Assembly: GCF_009914755.1 (NCBI RefSeq)
Contig: NC_060944.1
DNA length: 64,000 bases
Strand: one strand, 5' to 3'
Origin: the human T2T-CHM13v2.0 reference genome, Homo sapiens
Positions 55,278 to 64,000 of this stretch are shown here, piece by piece. The position numbers and the translations under genes are program-made. The notes under the pieces are model-generated. The model was not told the origin of the DNA, did not search any database, and saw nothing but the letters and a program-made list of their open reading frames with translations. Within the stretch, counting starts at the first letter, position 1, and each line of letters begins with the position of its first letter.

Positions 55278-55819
55278 TTATACAAAGTCAGTTCCCATCG
55301 TCACAGTTTTCAGCCTGGAGCTAAGGGTAGTCTACATAGCGCATGTGAAGCGGTGGGCACAAGGCAGTATTTCTGGCCAAGAGAACCAGAAAACTGAAGC
55401 TGGGGAATATTTGGCTGCTGAAGAGGCAGGGAGCTCCCAGAAAGAAACAAGAAAGAGAGAAGATCTTCTCTGTGTATTCAGATCTTTTACCAATCCTTGA
55501 ACAACATATGTACAGAATAGGCTTGAAGCAGTTCAGCTAAAGATAAAATATCTGAATGGAGACCAAACTTTCTGTCCCTCCTCCCCTCAAATTTTTTTCT
55601 TGGTATTCAGTATGTTGAGGAATTTTAAATTGTACCCTAGCATTATGAATGTTCAGCTGTGGTACTTTCTAGATTCTGTTACTCTGGGGATTTTGTTGTT
55701 TGTTTGCTTTGTTTTAGTAGGCAATGATATATATGCTTGCTTTTGGGGAATGTGCTGCCTGGAACGAACTATAACTAGTGCTTCACACACAAAATTGATC
55801 CTAAGATGAATCAGATGTT

Positions 55820-57082
<1,263 letters not shown>

Positions 57083-57259
57083 CTTTCTAGCCAATTGTAC
57101 TCTGCAGAAAACATGCAGCTTCTCTGACATGAAGATTTAAAGTCCCTGCCCCAAATAGGACCCCAAACAACTTTTCTGATGCTTATTGACAAGGAAGATG
57201 AATGAGATAGCGGGCATTTTGTGCATCCTTCTTCTTATTCGCAAAATTGCTAATAATGG

Positions 57260-58554
57260 TCAGTGTTTTAAAGTCTCCAAAGCTTTATGCCTCAGATGCT
57301 CATCCAAACACTAGGTGGCAAGGAGGTCAACATCCATGTCAAACGTATAAGCTTGCACCCATAGGTGTTTACACAGCATCCAGTTCAAGCTGCTGGCTCC
57401 GAAAATGCATGCTGAGTGCATGGAGACCCCACTGCAGGGTGGGTAGGGAGCATCCTTGAAAACGTCATCCTCAGAGTACTGCCACTTGACAAACCTAGCA
57501 ACGGCATGCATTCCAGACAACTTGTACTTATGGCTTAAGGCGAATGAGCCAGGGACTTCAGCGATCCTTCGGATGATGGCCTAGAGATACTTATCTGGGC
57601 TGTCTGTGCCTCGCACCCACTCCATAAACTTTTGGGTTTTTTCATCCTCTAGCACATGCCCCACATACTCCCTACTGACCACAAAATAGGCACTGCCTGA
57701 AAAAATGGGTGCTTCCAGCGGAGGATGCCCTTTGACAGTCCCCACATGTGTCAGCTTTCCATTAATATCTGCATACCACTTTTTCCACCTTTCTTCTTTA
57801 TTGGATGGCATCCTCTTGGCTTTGAGACTGTCTTCACCCATTAACAACTTGAGCTTCCTAACAATTTTAGGTTGGTTTTAATAGGAAAATCCATACTACA
57901 AACATGTATTAAGTACTTCCAGTCTGCACTCACTGTGCAGAGGTCCCTCATGCAGTTGAGGTCAGCCAGAACCCGACTCCACAAGGCATAAACCAGACTC
58001 TCCAACTGACAGGCCACAAAGATGTTACTGAAATGACCCAATGCCCATCACTGCAGCTAAAAAGGAATCTGCTGATTTTTTTTGTCCACATGAATGCAAT
58101 AGAAATTCTGAGGCATATAGATGGCTCTCTGGAGCCTGTCAAGCGTTTCAGTTTTATAATGAACCAGTATAGAATATGCTATTGGAAACCTCACCTCTTC
58201 CTTCTTAAGGGGTTCTACAATATATCTACATCTCTTGATGAAAGAAGTACATGAAGAAGTACATAACTGGTCATGTTTATAAAGCCGTCAGGTATACACC
58301 AAGGGCACTTAGTAAATTTCACTGTTAGCATCTCAAGTTTTACCTTTTGGATTTCATCTACATCACCCCCGTAAAACTTTGGTGCAATTAATATGACTAC
58401 TAGGATTCTCTCCAACAAGCTCCACATATGTGACGCTTACAGATTTGGACTTTTGATGAATCCTTAAAACGGAGGTGACTAGGGAAAAAATAAGAACCAC
58501 AAAGTGGTATTTAGTGGGATAAGAAAAATGTCTCCACAGCAACTGCCTCAGCAT
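57260..58554 (-). pseudogene. GCNT1P1: Processed pseudogene of core 2 beta-1,6-N-acetylglucosaminyltransferase GCNT1 (probably the copy named GCNT1P1); UTR-derived sequence extends to about 57083 and 58980
   Basis: Broken frames match GCNT1 end to end (MLRQLLWRHFSYPTKY..., FSNIFVACQLESLVYALWSRVLADLNCM, FSGSAYFVVSREYVG, VARFVKWQY, ...ETLKH-TGA); several frameshifts and a TAG at 57581; symbol assigned from recall. Confidence 0.93.
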
Positions 58555-59540
58555 TTCAAATGCCAATCAGGGACTTTGCTTGGTTAAGGGCAGTCTTCTA
58601 GGCTTTAAGCACCAACTATTTCCCCTCCATTGTGCCTTGAGGGTTGTCAGTTTGCATTTATCAGAAGCTCAAAGGCACCTTGAAATGAAGAATGCCGCAT
58701 TTAGAATTAAGGAAAGTCCAGATCACTTAGGACTCTGATTCCAGGTGACATCCTGCACTTATTCCAAGTACTTTTCATGCTGTCAGGCATCTTAAATGTA
58801 CTAGGCATCCAGGAATAATGGTATGTCCCATAGGCTTTTGAAAAAATCTCTCCCTGGGTGGCTTGCAATGCTCAGCTGGATTTGCAGGTGCCTCATCCAC
58901 CCTGGAGCATCATCTGGCCCCAGAGCACAGCAGGTTGCCCTACCATGCAGCTTCTGCTAGCAGAAGCCATGCAGGACTGCTCCCTTTGCCCATTTTTAAT
59001 GGCATTATTTGTTTACTTACTATTGAGTTGTTTGAGTTCCTTATATGTACTGGATATTAATCCCTTATCAGATGTATGGTTTGAACATATTTTCTTCCAT
59101 TCTGTAGGTTGTCTCTTAACTGTGTTCATTGTTTCCTTTGCTGTGCAGAAGCTTTTTAGTTTGATGTAATTCTGTTTGTCTATTTTTTGCTTTTGTTGCC
59201 GGTGCTTTGGGGGTCATATCCGAAAAAAATCATTGCCCAGACTAATGTCATAAGCTTTTTCCCTATGTTTTCCGATAGAAGTTTTTCAGTTTAATCCATT
59301 TTGTGTTGATTTTAGTATATGGTGTGAGATAAGGATCTAATTTCATGCTTCTGCATGTAAATATCCAGTTTTTCCCAAACCACTTATTGAAGAGACTATC
59401 CTTTCCCCATTGTGTGTTCTTGGCACTTTTGTTGAAAATCAATTGATGGTAGATGCATGAATTTATTTCTGGGCTCTCTATTCTTGTCCATTGGTCTACA
59501 TGCCTGTTTTTATGCTAGTACCATGCTGTTCTGATTACTA

Positions 59541-59852
59541 TATGCTGAATATCTCTAATCTGAAAATTTAAAATCTAAAATGCTCCTAAATCCAAACTGA
59601 CCTATGTGATGGGTCACAGTTGAAATGCAGTCAAAACTTTGTTTCATGCACTATGTTATTTAAAATATTATATAAAATTACCTTCAGGCCATTTGTATAA
59701 CGTGTATAAGAAACATAAAGAATTTCATGTTTAGACTTGGGTCCCATCATCAAGATATCTCATTATAAATACATAAATATTCCAAAGTCCAGAAAACCTA
59801 AAATCCAAATACTTCTGGTCCCAACCATTTCAGATAAGTGATACTCAGCCTG
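59541..59852. mobile_element. Tigger4-like (TcMar) element
   Basis: Terminal inverted repeats tatgctgaatatc/gatactcagcctg; TA flanks. Confidence 0.75.
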
Positions 59853-60113
59853 TATAGCTTTATAGTAGCTCAGGAAGTGTGATGTCTCTGGCTTTGTTCT
59901 TTTTTTTTTTTTTTTTTTCTCAAAATTGATTTGGCTATTCAGGGTCTTTTGTGGTTCCATACAAATTTTAAGATTTTTTTCTATTTCTGTGAAAAATGTC
60001 AGCAAAATTTTGATAGGGATTGCATTCAATCTGTAGATCTCTCTTTAGGTATTATGGACTTTTTAACAATATTAATTCCTCCAGTCCATGAACATGGGAT
60101 ATCTTTCCATTTA

Positions 60114-60419
60114 TAGTCATGCACGACATAATGATATTTTGGTCAATGATGAACTCCACATATGACAGTGGGCCCCATCATATTTTATAGAAGCCAAAAA
60201 CCTCTATCACCTTGTGATTTGTATTACAAGTGCCTAGAACACTGAGTAAAGTTTGCAACCTAGGAGCAATAGGCTATACCAGATAGCCTAGGTATGCAGT
60301 AGGCTATACCATCTAGGTTTGTGAAAGTACTGTACATGCCATGATGCTAACACAACAATGAAACAACCTAACAATGCATTTCTCAGAATGTTTCCCTGTC
60401 ATTAAGTGATGCATTACTA
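60114..60419. mobile_element. Tigger3a-like (TcMar) element
   Basis: Terminal inverted repeats tagtcatgca/tgcattacta; TA flanks; internal taggctatacca repeat. Confidence 0.78.
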
Positions 60420-61123
60420 TATTTGTGTGTTCTTCAATTTCCTTCATCAATGTTTTATAGTTTTTAATGTACAAGTCTTTCACTTCCTATAGTTGGAGCT
60501 TTCCAATACCCCGTTTTCATTATTTGCTAGAAAAACTAGACAAAAATAAGCAAAGATATATAATATCTGTGCAACATTCCACATTGATTTAATTGATATT
60601 TATAGAATACACAACAATGACAGAACACACATTCTTTTCAAATGCACCTGATATGTTTTCCAAGTTAGATGCTGGGCCATAAAATAAACCTCATTAATTT
60701 AAAATAACTGAAATTATACAGAGTGTGCTCTCTGACCATTAATGGAATTAAATTTGACCTCAATAAGAGTAAGATAAGTAGAGAAAGTGCATATGTTTTG
60801 GAATCAAATAAATAAGTCATAGGTCAAAGAAGAAATCACTGATAAATGAGAAAATGTTTTAAACTGAATTATAATGAAAATACATAGGATGCTGCCAAAG
60901 AAGTTCTTAGAAATTTATAGTTTGTGTTAGAAAATAAGAAAAATTTGAAATGAATAATTTGAGTTCTCATCTTAAAAATTAGAAAAAGAAAATCAGATTA
61001 AACCCAAAGAAAAGAGAATAAATAAAGAGCAAAATAAAAAAAATAGGATTCAAAAAAATAGAGCAAATGAATTAACCAGAAGCTAGTTCTTTGAAAAGAT
61101 CTAGCTAGATCTTGAAAAGATCA

Positions 61124-61768
<645 letters not shown>

Positions 61769-62374
61769 TTAAACATGCGTTTAAATAGGACCCAGCAATC
61801 CTACTCCTAGGTATTTACCTAAGAAAAATGAAAACTATGCCCACACAGAGATTTGCATGTAATGCAGCATTATTCATAGTGTGCCGGCACTGGAAACAGC
61901 ATGAGTACCTGTGGATGAATCAACCAGTAGATCCATACTGAGGAATAGTACTCAACAATCAAAATGAAAAAAAAAATCAATACATGCAACAACATGAACG
62001 AACCTCAAAAACATTCTGCTAAGTGAAGGAAATGAAGCACTCACAAAAAACTACATACTTCCATAAAAGACAAAATCATAGTGTCAAAACAGATCTGTAT
62101 TTTTTGGGTCTGGTGACCAGGGAAGTGGCTCAACTAGAAAGAAGAATGAGAAAACTTTTCAGGGTAAATAGAACTGTTAAATATCTTCATTGTGGTGGTA
62201 GTTAAAATGGCTATATATAATTACCAACATTCATCAAACTGTACAATTAAAATAGGTGAATTTTACTGCATATAAATCATATCTCAATAAAGCTGGAAAC
62301 AAAAGGAGTTCCCTCAAATCAACTACTCTTAGACTGTCCGTGATTAGACGACATTAAAAGGTATCTTGTCAGAG

Positions 62375-63134
<760 letters not shown>

Positions 63135-63157
63135 ACACCCATTTGATACCAGTAGAC

Positions 63158-63469
63158 CAGGGGTCCCCAACCCCCGGGCCATGGACTGTACTTATCTGTG
63201 GCTTGTTAGGAACCAGGCCACACAGCAGGAGGTGAGTGCTCCGCCTCCTATCAGATCAGCGGCAGCATTCGATTCTCATAGGAGTGCAAACCCTATTGTG
63301 AACTGTGCATGCGAGGGATCTAGGTTGCGCGTTCCTTATAAGAATCTAACTCATGACTGATGATCTGAGGAGGAGCAGTTTCATCCTGAATCCATCCCCC
63401 AACCAGGTCCGTGGAAAAATTGTCTTCTACAAAACTGGTCCCTGGTGCCAAAAAGGTTGGGGACCGCTG
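63158..63469. mobile_element. MER1B (hAT-Charlie)
   Basis: Terminal inverted repeats caggggtcccc/ggggaccgctg; 8-bp TSD cagtagac/ctgtagac. Confidence 0.85.
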
Positions 63470-64000
63470 CTGTAGACCATAATAACCACATTGTCCAGTT
63501 TCATGAGGAATCTGTCCGAGATGAGAACAAACCTCACAAACAATCGGAAACATGCACAGCAACCCAAAAGAAGCAAGTTGGCTAGTAAGTGCCAGCTTCT
63601 TCCGGTACAAAGCAAGAGTCACCTGGAAGTAATTTTAATTTTCATCAGAAACGTTTTATAAACATAAAATAGATCATCACCGTATTTAAAGTGCATATAC
63701 TCGTATTTCTTCCCTTCAACATTCAAAATAGGCTGGCAGGAAACCCAAGAAATAGGTGGCTACAATGTTCTCAATTTCAAAAAGCAGTGTGCATACAGAG
63801 TCAACGAAGACAATGGACTATGGGGTGTGGGAAGGTGGAGGGGATGACAAAGACATACCTGTCTGTAAATGAAATGTGAATGAGTTCACTTCCCCACAGG
63901 CTAATGCCAGCCTCCCATGCAAAGTTATTAAACAAAATCATAAGAAATTATTGATTTTACTGAATCCTCTTGAAGTTAAGACTTTGAAAACAATTTGTAT

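Larger units (their letters stand above)
58982..60487 (-). mobile_element. L1M ORF2 C-terminal fragment lacking its 3'UTR, abutting the 5' end of the GCNT1 retrocopy
   Basis: ORF-track 59763..60029 (NAIPIKILLTFFTEIEK) and antisense L1 motifs. Confidence 0.82.

Noticed and set aside
57260-58554. Functional GCNT1 retrogene
   Set aside because: Multiple frameshifts and premature stops.
63480-63625. Possible further DZANK1 exon (acttccag|gtgact acceptor-like site)
   Set aside because: The translation has no zinc-ribbon pattern and does not match my recall of DZANK1; the donor is unconvincing. The next exon is probably outside the window.

Overview
This is hominoid, very likely human, genomic DNA (Alu-, L1- and SVA-rich); most ORF-track entries are repeat translations. 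The one protein-coding gene is the 3' part of DZANK1 (double zinc ribbon and ankyrin repeat domains 1) on the minus strand. I traced 11 coding exons by hand (52549 down to the TAG at 21496), all with GT/AG boundaries. They splice into one open frame of 1323 nt (440 aa plus stop), followed by a ~1-kb 3'UTR with AATAAA at 20484-20489. The 5' exons lie beyond the right edge. A disabled processed pseudogene of GCNT1 (57260-58554, minus) sits in a DZANK1 intron, and a compact SVA (12154-13424) lies downstream of the gene. The rest is nested L1, Alu, LTR and DNA-transposon sequence; repeat subfamily names come from my recall of consensus sequences and repeat edges are approximate. I see no new enzymatic system. 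The strongest observations are retrotransposition architectures: (1) an apparent L1-GCNT1 chimeric insertion with no poly(A) or TSD and with a target-site deletion; (2) a 5'-inverted L1PA carrying a ~300-bp 3' transduction; (3) a TSD-flanked L1MA that has its 5'UTR and ORF1 but no ORF2; (4) a 47-bp-stem hairpin in the DZANK1 pre-mRNA; and (5) two short dispersed duplications, one of which copies a poly(A) signal.
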